From the NCBI GenBank assembly GCA_965661505.1, contig CBFIDX010000002.1, forward strand, positions 7,929 through 71,928: a DNA stretch of 64,000 nucleotides, given 5' to 3'. Positions 20,557 to 30,225 of the stretch are shown here, in pieces. The notes under the pieces are model-generated. The model was not told where the DNA came from, did no database searches, and saw nothing but the letters and a program-made list of their open reading frames with translations. The stretch is from Flavobacteriales bacterium (GTDB taxonomy: Bacteria; Bacteroidota; Bacteroidia; Flavobacteriales; UBA7312). A program made the translations under genes and the position numbers. How positions within the stretch are numbered: position 1 is the stretch's first letter; every line of letters begins with the position of its first letter.

Positions 20557-21030
20557 ATGACCGCTAAAATTCGAAGAGGATCACAAAAAGACCTGCCTGC
20601 TGTTCTAGCATTGATAAAGGAGCTAGCAGCCTATGAAAAGGCACTTCATGAAGTGAGCATTACCATAGAAGAATTACAAGAAGATGGTTTTGGAAAGCAT
20701 CCCTGGTATTGGTTCATTGTTGCAGAGGTAGAGGGAGAGATTGTTGGAATGTCGTTTTACTTCATACGGTATTCTACTTGGAAAGGGCGGTTTTTGTTTT
20801 TAGAGGATTTTGTTGTGAAAAACCCTTTTAGAGGCAAAGGAATTGGTTCGTTGTTGTTTGAGGAAACGGTGCGTATCGCTCAACAACTGAAAGTGAAAGG
20901 GATGATATGGCAAGTGTTGGACTGGAATACACCTGCTATAAATTTTTATAAAAAATACCAGGCTCATATAGATGATCAATGGCTAAATGGGAAGTTAAAT
21001 AGTCAGCAAATTGCTAATTTCAAGTTTTAA
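20557..21030 (+). CDS. GNAT N-acetyltransferase (diamine/SSAT-like)
   Basis: 'YSTWKGRFLFLEDFVV...RGKGIGSLLFE...VLDWNTPAINFYKK'. Its stop overlaps the lysC start (TAATG). Confidence 0.75.
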   Translation: MTAKIRRGSQKDLPAVLALIKELAAYEKALHEVSITIEELQEDGFGKHPWYWFIVAEVEGEIVGMSFYFIRYSTWKGRFLFLEDFVVKNPFRGKGIGSLLFEETVRIAQQLKVKGMIWQVLDWNTPAINFYKKYQAHIDDQWLNGKLNSQQIANFKF

Positions 21031-22274
21031 TGAAAGTTTATAAGTTTGGTGGGGCATCTGTAAAGGATGCTGAAAACATTCGAAATGTAGCACGTATTTT
21101 ATTGGAACAAAAAGAGTCCGATTTATGCATTGTTATTTCTGCAATGGGAAAGACAACGAATCACTTAGAGCAGCTGGTCGATGAATATGTAAATGGACAA
21201 ACTCCCTGCCTGGATGCTGTTAAACATTACCACCTAGAAATACTAAACAACTTATTTAGTCGAGATCACTCAATTTACGATGAGGTGAATAACTTATTTG
21301 TAGAAATAGAGTGGGCTATTGAAGATGCGCCTACTAGTACCTATGACTATGAATACGATCAGATTGTTTCTATTGGAGAATTATTATCCACTAAAATAGT
21401 TTCTGCATTTTTAGCACAAGAGGGATTTGAAAATTATTGGGTTGATGCCAGAAGCCTTATAAGAACTGACAATACCTACAGAAACGCACGCATTGATTGG
21501 ACCGTAACAAAAAATCAAATTCACAAAGAAAAAAGAAAAGGGGTGCCTATCGTAACCCAAGGTTTTATTGGTTGCACTTCCGAAAATTTCACTACCACAC
21601 TTGGTAGAGAAGGGTCTGATTTTACGGCTTCTATCTTAGCACATTGCCTACAAGCTGAAGAGGTAGTTATTTGGAAAGATGTTGTGGGTGTTTTGAATGC
21701 TGACCCTCGTTTTTTTGATGATACGCTAAAAATAGAATCCATGCCATATAGCGAAGCTATAGAGTTAGCTTACTATGGTGCAAAAGTGATACATCCAAAA
21801 ACTATTCAGCCTTTAAAGGATAAAAAAATTCCACTTAGGGTTCGTTCTTTTTTAGATGATTCTAATGAAGGGACAATCGTTTCTGAAGGCTCAGAGGTTC
21901 GTCCTTTGCTTCCATTTTTTATTGTTAAGGAGGATCAAGTTTTATTGTCTATCGGAGCCAAAGACTTATCTTTTATAGTAGAAGACCATTTAAGTCATAT
22001 TTTTTCTTTGCTCTCTCATTATGGCGTTGGGGTAAATATGATGCAAAATTCTGCCATTAGTTTTTCTGTTTGTGTAGATAATGATGTTCAAAAAACACCT
22101 GCTTTAATAAACGCTTTAAATGATAAGTATCAAGTATTGTATAACGAAAAGCTAACCCTTTATACCATTCGAAACTACGATGCGGATTCCGTTTCTAAAA
22201 TTCTTCATAAAAAAACATTGTTACTAGAGCAAAAAAGCCCACAAACAATTCATCTAGTTGTCAGTGACCGCTAG
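21030..22274 (+). CDS. lysC: Aspartate kinase
   Basis: 'VYKFGGASV', 'VISAMGKTTNHL', 'TTLGREGSDFTA', C-terminal ACT-like region. Confidence 0.9.
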   Translation: MKVYKFGGASVKDAENIRNVARILLEQKESDLCIVISAMGKTTNHLEQLVDEYVNGQTPCLDAVKHYHLEILNNLFSRDHSIYDEVNNLFVEIEWAIEDAPTSTYDYEYDQIVSIGELLSTKIVSAFLAQEGFENYWVDARSLIRTDNTYRNARIDWTVTKNQIHKEKRKGVPIVTQGFIGCTSENFTTTLGREGSDFTASILAHCLQAEEVVIWKDVVGVLNADPRFFDDTLKIESMPYSEAIELAYYGAKVIHPKTIQPLKDKKIPLRVRSFLDDSNEGTIVSEGSEVRPLLPFFIVKEDQVLLSIGAKDLSFIVEDHLSHIFSLLSHYGVGVNMMQNSAISFSVCVDNDVQKTPALINALNDKYQVLYNEKLTLYTIRNYDADSVSKILHKKTLLLEQKSPQTIHLVVSDR

Positions 22275-23186
22275 GATCTTTGCTAACAAAACTTTTGATA
22301 GCTTTTGATAGCTTTCGTGTGTCCAGCCTGCAATGTGAGGAGATAAAATGACCTTATCTGATTTTATAAGCTCATTGAACTCTTCTGAAAAAAAGGTTTC
22401 GTTGAAGGATGTTTTCTCAAATTCTAAAACATCTAAACAAGCACCAGATAATCTTCCGTCATTTAATGCGCTTAACACAGTTTTTGTGTGTACGCATTTC
22501 CCTCTAGAAGTATTGATTAGGTAGATGGGCTTTTTAAAACGGCTGATGTATTTCTGCTCAACAAGATAAGTGCTCTCTTCGGTTAAAGGAAGGTGAAGGC
22601 TGAGGATATCAGCATGTTCAAAAATCTCATTCATTTCTACTTTGCGAGCCCAGTTTGTTGTAAATGATTCCAGGTATTTATCATAGGAAAGCACATTGCA
22701 GTCAAAGCCATTTAGAAGTTTTGCGAACGCACTCCCGGTGTTTCCATAACCGATGATTCCAACTGTTTTTCCATAAAGTTCGTACCCTCTGTTTTCACTT
22801 CTTTGCCAGATGCCTTTTCTCACTTCTGCATCCGCTTTGTTAAGATTGTTTAGTAGTGAAAGAATCATAGCTAGTGCGTGTTCTGCTACTGCCTGTGCGT
22901 TTCCTTCCGAAGCATTGATGCAATGTATGCCTTTTGCCTGAGCATAGCTTACATCGATATTTTCTAAACCTGAACCAGACCTTGCAATAAATTTTAGATC
23001 CTTACAAGCATCTAAAAAAGCGCTGTCAATTTTAAAGCGTGAACGGATAACAATTCCATCAAAATCACCTATGATTTGTTGAGTTTCATCTTTTGATAAA
23101 GCATATCCTTCCACGCATTCAAAATTCTTTTTGGAAAGCGCTTTCCAAAGCGAAGGGTGAACAGGATCGATAAATAATATTTTCAT
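22254..23186 (-). CDS. D-isomer-specific 2-hydroxyacid dehydrogenase (phosphoglycerate dehydrogenase-like)
   Basis: NAD fold 'GIIGYGNTGSAFAKLL'. 'NTSRG', 'LDVLEFE', 'SPHIAGWT'. Its 3' end overlaps lysC convergently by 21 nt. Confidence 0.8.
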   Translation of the reverse strand: MKILFIDPVHPSLWKALSKKNFECVEGYALSKDETQQIIGDFDGIVIRSRFKIDSAFLDACKDLKFIARSGSGLENIDVSYAQAKGIHCINASEGNAQAVAEHALAMILSLLNNLNKADAEVRKGIWQRSENRGYELYGKTVGIIGYGNTGSAFAKLLNGFDCNVLSYDKYLESFTTNWARKVEMNEIFEHADILSLHLPLTEESTYLVEQKYISRFKKPIYLINTSRGKCVHTKTVLSALNDGRLSGACLDVLEFEKTSFNETFFSEEFNELIKSDKVILSPHIAGWTHESYQKLSKVLLAKILAVTDN

Positions 23187-23187
23187 T

Positions 23188-24534
23188 TTAACCCAAGATG
23201 AGTTGACCGATTAAAAAATAGATAAAAAGACCTAAAATATCGTTAACCGTAGTGATGAATGGTCCGGTTGCTAATGCAGGATCAATCTTGTATTTGTTGA
23301 GTGTAATGGGTACGAATGTGCCAAATAGAGCAGCGAAAATAATAACGGATAATAAAGCAAGACTTACGGTTGCGCTTAGCCACATTTCGTATCCTAACAG
23401 AAAGGTTGCTAAAAAAATGATTGACGAACAGATTACGCCATTGATGAGTGCTACTCCCAGTTCTTTAAGTAACCGTTTTAAGGTACTGTTAAACTCAACA
23501 GAACCATTGGCCAACCCTTGAACAACGATTGCTGCTGATTGTACGCCAACATTACCGCCCATAGCGGCAATCAATGGAATAAAGAAAGCCATTTGATAGT
23601 TTTTTTCGATGTCAAAAATGCCGATTACTTTAGCACCAAATAACCCCCCTACTAATCCGATTAAGAGCCATGGAATTCGGGCTCTCGTTAATGTCCATAT
23701 ATCATCACTTGATTCTATATCTTCAGAAATTCCTGAAGCCAACTGATAATCTTTTTCAGCTTCCTCTTTAATAACTTCCATAACGTCATCGGCGGTGATT
23801 CTTCCGATTAATTGACCGAGATCATTTACAACAGGAAGTACTACGAGATCGTACTTATTCATGATGTTGGCTACTTCTTCGTTGTTCTGATGTGCCTTTA
23901 CCATGATGATGTCTTCTTTGAAGATATCAGAAATGACTTTTTTGGAATCACTTAGTAGCAATTTTTTCAATGAGAGCGTTCCTACCAAGATGTTGTTATC
24001 ATTTACTACATAGATCGTATACACAAAAGTAACGTGTTCAGCCTGCTTGCGCATTTCTCTAACACAGCGCAATACGTTCCAGTTTTCATTAACTTTTATG
24101 AGTTCTTTTGCCATTAAACCTCCAGCAGAATCTTCAGGATAGTTCAGTAAGTCTGCAATGTCACTAGCATGTTCTACATTTTCGATGTAGGACAGTACCT
24201 CTTCTTTAACGTCTTTTGGAAGATCCAAAACAATGTCGGCTGCGTCATCAGAGTCAAGGTTTTCTAAAACCTCCTCGGCAATTTCTTTAGGAGAGAGTTT
24301 CTCTAACAGTTGTTCCCTTAAACCGTCTTCTAACTCCATCAATATGTCGGCACCTTTATCATCTTCTAAAACAACGTGTAGAAAATAGGCCTGCTCAAGC
24401 GATAAGAGTTCGTAAATTTCTGCTATATCGGCTGCATGTATTTCAGACAGTTCTTGGTATAAAAGATTTTTCTCTTCTGCATCAATGTGCTTTTGAATCT
24501 TTAGGATGTACTCTTTGCTTAATTCAAATTTCAT
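23188..24534 (-). CDS. mgtE: Magnesium transporter MgtE
   Basis: MgtE_N acidic region, CBS pair, TM domain with 'AAMGGNVGVQSA'. Confidence 0.9.
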   Translation of the reverse strand: MKFELSKEYILKIQKHIDAEEKNLLYQELSEIHAADIAEIYELLSLEQAYFLHVVLEDDKGADILMELEDGLREQLLEKLSPKEIAEEVLENLDSDDAADIVLDLPKDVKEEVLSYIENVEHASDIADLLNYPEDSAGGLMAKELIKVNENWNVLRCVREMRKQAEHVTFVYTIYVVNDNNILVGTLSLKKLLLSDSKKVISDIFKEDIIMVKAHQNNEEVANIMNKYDLVVLPVVNDLGQLIGRITADDVMEVIKEEAEKDYQLASGISEDIESSDDIWTLTRARIPWLLIGLVGGLFGAKVIGIFDIEKNYQMAFFIPLIAAMGGNVGVQSAAIVVQGLANGSVEFNSTLKRLLKELGVALINGVICSSIIFLATFLLGYEMWLSATVSLALLSVIIFAALFGTFVPITLNKYKIDPALATGPFITTVNDILGLFIYFLIGQLILG

Positions 24535-25316
24535 GATTCAAAACTTTGGGTTAGTTGAATAAAATCATCTACGCTTAGCTGCTCAGCGCGTAAGCTGAGA
24601 TAGGGTTTGGCTTTTTGTTCATCTTTCAAGGGAATGCTTTTGAGGGCATTTCTTAAGGTTTTTCGTCTTTGATTAAAGGCTGTTTTGACGACCAATCGAA
24701 ACATCTTTTCATCACAGTCAATCTCAAGTTTCTTTTTTCTTGTCAATCTTATTACTGCTGACTTAACCTTGGGTGGAGGTGTAAAAACATCTTCATTTAC
24801 TGTAAAAAGATATTCAACCTCATAAAAAGCTTGTATCAAAACACTTAAAATGCCGTAGGTTTTATTACCCGCTTTTGCTGCTATTCTTTCAGCAACCTCT
24901 TTCTGAAACATTCCGACAACTTCTGGAATGAGTTCTTTGTTTTCTAAAGTTTTAAATAAAATTTGTGATGAAATATTGTAGGGGAAATTACCTATTAAGG
25001 CAAAGGAATCATTAAAGAGCTGATGGAGTGGAAGCTTTAAAAAGTCTCCTTCGATGATTTTGTTTTGTAAATCTGAAAAATGATTGCGAAGGTAGGAAAC
25101 AGATTCTTTGTCAATTTCAATCACATAGATTTCGCTATCTTTTTTCAGCAAGTATTGGGTAAGAACGCCCATGCCAGGGCCTATTTCAAGAATCGTTTTA
25201 TAGTTTTGATAACTTAGGCTATCGGTAATTTTCTGAGCAACGTTTAGATCGTTTAAGAAGTGTTGACCCAAATATTTTTTTGCTCTAACCTGTTTCATTT
25301 TACTGTTGATGAACAA
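24531..25316 (-). CDS. rsmA: 16S rRNA (adenine1518/1519-N6)-dimethyltransferase RsmA/KsgA
   Basis: 'KKYLGQHFL', SAM motif 'ILEIGPGMGVLT', 'GNFPYNISS'. Confidence 0.9.
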   Translation of the reverse strand: MFINSKMKQVRAKKYLGQHFLNDLNVAQKITDSLSYQNYKTILEIGPGMGVLTQYLLKKDSEIYVIEIDKESVSYLRNHFSDLQNKIIEGDFLKLPLHQLFNDSFALIGNFPYNISSQILFKTLENKELIPEVVGMFQKEVAERIAAKAGNKTYGILSVLIQAFYEVEYLFTVNEDVFTPPPKVKSAVIRLTRKKKLEIDCDEKMFRLVVKTAFNQRRKTLRNALKSIPLKDEQKAKPYLSLRAEQLSVDDFIQLTQSFES

Positions 25317-25605
25317 TTTTTAAAATTGAACGAAAAGCGCCAAGTTTACCTTTGTATTTTTTATTGTGGTCTGCCTGAAGGTCAGCTGCAAATTTCGATT
25401 GATACTTCTCTAAAGTAGCTAAGTCTTCACATGTATATTGTATGGCGTAGGTAATTTCGTCTTCTACCATTAACCTACATATTTTATTGCTTTTAAAGCA
25501 GTTGGTTTTCATTACATCTGGAATGTGTTTTGTTTTCATCCAATGTAGCCATTCTTCATGAATTGTTTTATCTACTAAACTTACCGTTACGTTATATATA
25601 ATCAT
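25300..25605 (-). CDS. Small conserved protein (DUF4286-like), function unknown
   Basis: 101 aa starting 'MIIYNVT..HEEWLHWM...HIP', as I recall for DUF4286. Overlaps both neighbours, consistent with an operon. Confidence 0.45.
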   Translation of the reverse strand: MIIYNVTVSLVDKTIHEEWLHWMKTKHIPDVMKTNCFKSNKICRLMVEDEITYAIQYTCEDLATLEKYQSKFAADLQADHNKKYKGKLGAFRSILKIVHQQ

Positions 25606-27425
25606 TGTTCTATTTGTATTGATTCTCCACGAAGTTCTCTCAGTTTTTTTCTGGATTCTGCAGTATATATACTACCACTATGTTCTAAAAGAATTTGTTC
25701 GTAAAGTAGTTGAGCTTGAATCCGGTCTTTTTCGAACTCTTCAGTAAGTTTAGCCCATTGAAAAAGGGCATCATCTGCTAAGATATCGTAATAATAATTT
25801 TCAACTATTTCTTTGTAAAAACCGATGGCTTGTTTGTAATCTTTTCGCTTGGATGATACCTGACCCTTTTTAAAAAGAGCTTCGTCTAGTAAAGAGTGTC
25901 CTGGAAAAGCTTGCTCTAAGCTATCTAATGTTATTAGGCTTGCATCCCACTTATTTTGGAATGCCAATAGCTCTGCGCGTGCATACATTTGCATAGCCTT
26001 AGCTGTGGTGTCTAGTCCAGTATTATCCGTAATAAGTAAGGATAAGTCCATGGCATTATTGGCAATTAATTTGGAGGTTGATGCTTTTAAAACATCCAAT
26101 TGCGCTTGTGCCCAATCAAACTCTCCTTGAAAATAAGAAATTCTGGCTCTGCGAAATTTTGCTTCGTGTCCTATAGGGTTTTCTTTAAAGCTTTTTTCTA
26201 CTTGCGAGTAAAGCAAGATCGCTTCCCATTCCTCTTCTTGAACCACAAGCAAGTCTGCCAACATTAGCTTACATTCAGCTTGCAATACAGTCTCATTTTT
26301 TATTAGCGCAATGCAATCTTGCAATAACTCAGAGGCTTCTTCAATGTTGTATAAATAAAACCCTTTTAAGTGTGCCAGTTCTTTAATTAGGTAAGCGGTG
26401 GTTATGTTTTTCCCGAGCGCTTGTAAGGTGTTTTCAAACTTAGTTGAAAGTGCTTGTAAGTCATTTTTAGTATGCGCGTTTTCTAAAACTTCTCTAGATT
26501 CGGAAATTACTTTTAAAATTTTTGATTCTTTGAAAAATGCTGAATTACTTTTTTTAATTAAGTAATCATATGCTTTAATGGCAGTAGAATAATTTTTATT
26601 TTCATGTGCAATGGAAGCCAGTTCGTATATCCTGCTTCCATCTTCTTTTAATCTTTTGTCAAGTGCTTTGGCATAGATAAAGGCTGCTTCGAATTCATTT
26701 TTTTGCATAAAAAGCCAAACCAACATTTCTGTAAGGTCAGTATTGTTAGTTCGCTGAACTTCTTTTAACAGCTTTGATTTTAATAGCTCAAAATTGTCAA
26801 CATTACCTCCTGTTCTGGCCAGTGCATTTTGTAGGCTCCGCTGCACGTTTAATCGCTTATTAGGCTTTTGCTGAACTAACTCAAGAAATGTTTCAATCAT
26901 TAACTCAGTTTTACCTAAGTTGCGATAAATATTAGCTATTTGAAAGCCGTAATCCTGATTAGGATTCACTTTTTGCCCATGAAGGTAAGTTTTAAGAGCA
27001 AGATCATTGGCCTCTCGTGTAGTAAATGTCGAAGCAAGTGTGTTAATTAAGTGTAGCTGACCGCTTTGAACACTTTCAATGGTTTCAAGAAAAAGTTTAT
27101 CCGCTTTTTTGTCCAGTCCTTTTGCTTTCCAAATAAACCCAAGATCAAGCTTGTATTTTGGGTTTGAGGAGGACTTTCTGAGCATCCTTTTAACAAGCTT
27201 TTCAGCTTCAAAGTAGGACTTTGTTTTAATTAAACAATTATAAAAGTTGCTATAGTAGCTATTTAAATTTACGTTCTGTCGATTGAATTCTTGATAAATG
27301 CTGATGGCTTTGTCACATTCGCCAGCTCTGGCATATTGGTGTGCTAGTTGATGTTGATTTTCATTTTGTGCAGCGCAAAAGAAGCTTGTCAAAATAAAAA
27401 GTAAACAAAAACGTAGTTTCATCAT
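25602..27425 (-). CDS. Exported tetratricopeptide-repeat protein
   Basis: Signal peptide (FFCAA|QNE). Many TPR-like helix pairs throughout the 607 aa. Confidence 0.6.
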   Translation of the reverse strand: MMKLRFCLLFILTSFFCAAQNENQHQLAHQYARAGECDKAISIYQEFNRQNVNLNSYYSNFYNCLIKTKSYFEAEKLVKRMLRKSSSNPKYKLDLGFIWKAKGLDKKADKLFLETIESVQSGQLHLINTLASTFTTREANDLALKTYLHGQKVNPNQDYGFQIANIYRNLGKTELMIETFLELVQQKPNKRLNVQRSLQNALARTGGNVDNFELLKSKLLKEVQRTNNTDLTEMLVWLFMQKNEFEAAFIYAKALDKRLKEDGSRIYELASIAHENKNYSTAIKAYDYLIKKSNSAFFKESKILKVISESREVLENAHTKNDLQALSTKFENTLQALGKNITTAYLIKELAHLKGFYLYNIEEASELLQDCIALIKNETVLQAECKLMLADLLVVQEEEWEAILLYSQVEKSFKENPIGHEAKFRRARISYFQGEFDWAQAQLDVLKASTSKLIANNAMDLSLLITDNTGLDTTAKAMQMYARAELLAFQNKWDASLITLDSLEQAFPGHSLLDEALFKKGQVSSKRKDYKQAIGFYKEIVENYYYDILADDALFQWAKLTEEFEKDRIQAQLLYEQILLEHSGSIYTAESRKKLRELRGESIQIEQ

Positions 27426-27435
27426 TATGAGTTGT

Positions 27436-27993
27436 TTAGGGTGTTATAGTGGCAGTTATCTGGTTTTCGATGTGTTCGATTAAGGAGGCGCTTTCTTTGA
27501 AGCTAGCGCGGGCTTTTATAAGGCTCTTTTTCTGAAGGCTTAACAGCTCTTTTTCTTGTGCAATAAATTGCTGTGCCTGTTCCATTTCGTATGCTTTATT
27601 TTCGAGGTCAACTTTTAGTTTTTCTAGATGATCTTGATTGACGGGAATATCTTTAAGTGTTTTTTTATACGTTTTTAGGGCAGCCTTTGCTGTTCTTTTC
27701 AATAGTTTGAGTTCGGTTAAAAAAGAGGTGTTTTTAACTTCTTGCGCATTGAGTTTTTTGCCAGCTATTTTAGCTTGGTTGATTAAGGATTCATACTTTT
27801 TGTAATAATCTTGAGCTTTTATATAATTGCCACTGCTGTCAATCTGAAGCTGTAAGTTTTTATATTCTAAAACCAAACTGTCAATTTCTTCGATTTCTTT
27901 TTGAAAAGACGTTTGATTACAAGCTACAAAGAGTAGGGTAGTGATTAGTAGATATGCAAAATGTTGGTATTTCATCTTAACTAATTTTATCAA
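27436..27993 (-). CDS. Predicted lipoprotein with coiled-coil, function unknown
   Basis: 'LLFVAC' lipobox-like N-terminus. The rest is K/E/Q-rich and helical. Confidence 0.4.
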   Translation of the reverse strand: MIKLVKMKYQHFAYLLITTLLFVACNQTSFQKEIEEIDSLVLEYKNLQLQIDSSGNYIKAQDYYKKYESLINQAKIAGKKLNAQEVKNTSFLTELKLLKRTAKAALKTYKKTLKDIPVNQDHLEKLKVDLENKAYEMEQAQQFIAQEKELLSLQKKSLIKARASFKESASLIEHIENQITATITP

Positions 27994-29248
27994 AACCGGT
28001 ATAAGGCACTAAGGCTTTAGGAATATGGATGCCTGAACTGCTTTGATTGTTTTCAAGCAGTGCTGCTACAATTCTTGGTAAAGCCAAAGCGCTTCCGTTT
28101 AGGGTATGACACAACTGGTTTTTATTGTTTTCGTCTTTGTAACGAAGTTTTAATCGATTTGCTTGATAGCTTTCAAAATTTGAGATGGAACTAACTTCTA
28201 ACCAACGTTCTTGTGCTGCTGAAAATACTTCCATATCGTAAGTGAGGGCTGAAGTAAAACTCATATCTCCACCACATAACTTCAGAATTCGAAAAGGCAG
28301 TTCTAAATCAATCAACAGTTTGGTTACATGATCGACCATCTTTTCTAGGGTTTGATAGGAGTTTTCTGGTCGTTCTACTTGTACTATTTCAACCTTATCA
28401 AATTGGTGTAGTCGGTTCAGTCCTCTTACATCTTTTCCATACGAGCCAGCCTCTCTTCTGAAGCAGGGAGTGTAGGCAGTATAGGTTATGGGTAGCTGAT
28501 CTGTTTTAACAATTACATCCCTAAAAATATTTGTTACAGGAACCTCTGCTGTTGGAATAAGGTAAAGGTTGTCCTCTGTAACATGATACATCTGGCCCTC
28601 TTTGTCAGGAAGCTGACCAGTGCCAAAACCACTGGCTTCATTTACTAAGTGGGGAGGCTGTATTTCTTGGTAACCTGCCTCAACGTTTCTATCAAGAAAA
28701 AAGTTAATGAGCGCACGTTGTAGTCGAGCTCCTTTGCCTTTATATACCGGAAAACCAGCGCCGGTTATTTTAGTACCTAGTTCAAAATCAATCAGGTCGT
28801 ACTTGCTGGCTAACTCCCAGTGTGGTAAATTCCCATCCGTTAAAATGGGTATTTCTCCATTCTCAGAAACAAGCTGATTGTCTTCTGCATGTTTGCCCTC
28901 AGGAACTGAATCATGCGGTATGTTGGGTATTTGTACCAGTAAATCTTGTAAGGCTTGGTTTATTTTTGCTTGTTTTTCTTGTAACGATTTCGTCTCCTCT
29001 TTTAGCGTGGTGGTTTGTGCCTTGGCAGCATTTGCTTTTTCTACCTCACCCTTTTTAAAGAGCCTTCCAATCTCCTTAGTAATCTGATTGGACTGTGCCA
29101 ACATATCGTCTAAGTTAAGTTGGGTTTTTTTTCGATCATTGTCTAAAGAAATAACTTTGCTTAGGATGGAGGATGCATCAAATCCTTTTTTTGCAAGTTT
29201 TTGAATTGCCTTTTCTTTCTCTTCTCGGATGTAATTTAGCTGTAACAT
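27977..29248 (-). CDS. serS: Seryl-tRNA synthetase
   Basis: N-terminal coiled-coil arm. Class II motifs 'CFRREAGSYGKD' and 'HTLNGSALALPR'. Confidence 0.95.
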   Translation of the reverse strand: MLQLNYIREEKEKAIQKLAKKGFDASSILSKVISLDNDRKKTQLNLDDMLAQSNQITKEIGRLFKKGEVEKANAAKAQTTTLKEETKSLQEKQAKINQALQDLLVQIPNIPHDSVPEGKHAEDNQLVSENGEIPILTDGNLPHWELASKYDLIDFELGTKITGAGFPVYKGKGARLQRALINFFLDRNVEAGYQEIQPPHLVNEASGFGTGQLPDKEGQMYHVTEDNLYLIPTAEVPVTNIFRDVIVKTDQLPITYTAYTPCFRREAGSYGKDVRGLNRLHQFDKVEIVQVERPENSYQTLEKMVDHVTKLLIDLELPFRILKLCGGDMSFTSALTYDMEVFSAAQERWLEVSSISNFESYQANRLKLRYKDENNKNQLCHTLNGSALALPRIVAALLENNQSSSGIHIPKALVPYTGFDKIS

Positions 29249-29288
29249 AATCTTCCTTCTGTTTCACAAAAATAACATTCTATTCCAT

Positions 29289-29328
29289 AAAAAAACTCTC
29301 GACTTGAAATAAGCCGAGAGTTTTTTTT
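29289..29328 (-). terminator. Intrinsic terminator after rplU-rpmA
   Basis: Minus strand reads aaaaaaaCTCTCGgcttatttcaagtCGAGAGttttttt. It lies 26 nt downstream of the rpmA stop. Confidence 0.65.
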
Positions 29329-29353
29329 AAAATCTTTTTTTAAATACGTTCGA

Positions 29354-29614
29354 TTATTCTGTAAAAGGAGAAACGGAAACGTAAGATCGATTATTTCTTT
29401 TCTTTGTAAAGACAACGGTTCCATCAACCAATGCAAATAGGGTATGGTCTTTTCCGATACCAACATTTTCACCAGGATGATGAGCAGTTCCTCTTTGACG
29501 AACAATAATGTTGCCCGCAACTGCGCCTTGACCACCGTAAATTTTTACGCCTAGTCGTTTACTTTCTGATTCTCTTCCGTTTTTACTACTACCTACACCT
29601 TTTTTATGAGCCAT
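29354..29614 (-). CDS. rpmA: 50S ribosomal protein L27
   Basis: '[24 protein letters not shown]'. Confidence 0.95.
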   Translation of the reverse strand: MAHKKGVGSSKNGRESESKRLGVKIYGGQGAVAGNIIVRQRGTAHHPGENVGIGKDHTLFALVDGTVVFTKKRNNRSYVSVSPFTE

Positions 29615-29639
29615 GGTATTTTAATTTATGGGTTAATCA

Positions 29640-29850
29640 CTATTCAGCCTTTTTAGGAGCTGCTTTTTTAGTGCTTGTTTTTTTAGTTGTTGTTTTCTTT
29701 GCAGCTGGTTTTTTAGCGGCAGTTTTCTTTGCTGCTGGTTTTGCGGCTGCTTTTTTAGCAGGAGCCTTTTTTTCAGCAGCTTTTGTTTCTGCTTTGGCTT
29801 CCGTTTTTTTAGCTGGTGCTTTTTTAGCGGCAGCTTTTTCGTCAATTTTC
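29640..29850. repeat. Low-complexity imperfect tandem repeat (encodes the L21 KA-rich tail)
   Basis: Reiterated gc(a/t)gctggtttt(tta)gcggc(a/t)gtttt units on the plus strand. Every reading frame of this stretch is open. Confidence 0.6.
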
Positions 29851-30146
29851 TGGATAAGGATTTCTGTAAAAGCTTGACGATGTCCGTTTTTTACTTTGTA
29901 TCCTTTTCTTCTTTTTTTCTTAAAAACGACTACTTTGTCGCCTTTTAAGTGGCTAACGACTTTGGCCGTTACTTTAGCACCACTGATAGCTGGGGCGCCA
30001 ACTTTTACTTTTCCATCATTGTCTATCAAAAGAACGTTGTCGAATTCTACTTTCGATCCTTCTTTGTTATCTAGGCGATGAACGAAAACCTGTTGGTCTT
30101 TTTCAACTTTGAACTGTTGCCCTGCTATTTCTACAATTGCATACAT
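29640..30146 (-). CDS. rplU: 50S ribosomal protein L21 with about 65-aa Lys/Ala-rich C-terminal extension
   Basis: '[15 protein letters not shown]...[15 protein letters not shown]' core of about 100 aa, followed by AAKKAPAKK-type repeats. Confidence 0.9.
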   Translation of the reverse strand: MYAIVEIAGQQFKVEKDQQVFVHRLDNKEGSKVEFDNVLLIDNDGKVKVGAPAISGAKVTAKVVSHLKGDKVVVFKKKRRKGYKVKNGHRQAFTEILIQKIDEKAAAKKAPAKKTEAKAETKAAEKKAPAKKAAAKPAAKKTAAKKPAAKKTTTKKTSTKKAAPKKAE

Positions 30147-30187
30147 CTTAAACAGTTTAATAATTCACACTAATTTTTAGTGGGCTG

Positions 30188-30217
30188 CAAATGTAGTAAT
30201 TATCTTCAAAAGCACAA
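30188..30217 (-). promoter_or_regulatory. Candidate Bacteroidota sigma-A promoter for rplU-rpmA
   Basis: Minus strand has TTG (30217-30215), N19, then TACATTTG (30195-30188). This matches the -33 TTG / -7 TAnnTTTG consensus. The rplU ATG is 41 nt downstream. Confidence 0.45.
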
Positions 30218-30225
30218 AAAATATA

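Noticed and set aside
29633-29877. Alternative-frame and antisense ORFs over the L21 tail (a K/Q-rich 70-aa ORF and an F/A-rich 68-aa ORF)
   Set aside because: They are a by-product of the GCN/AAR tandem repeat being open in all frames. The L21 frame is continuous with a bona fide L21 core.
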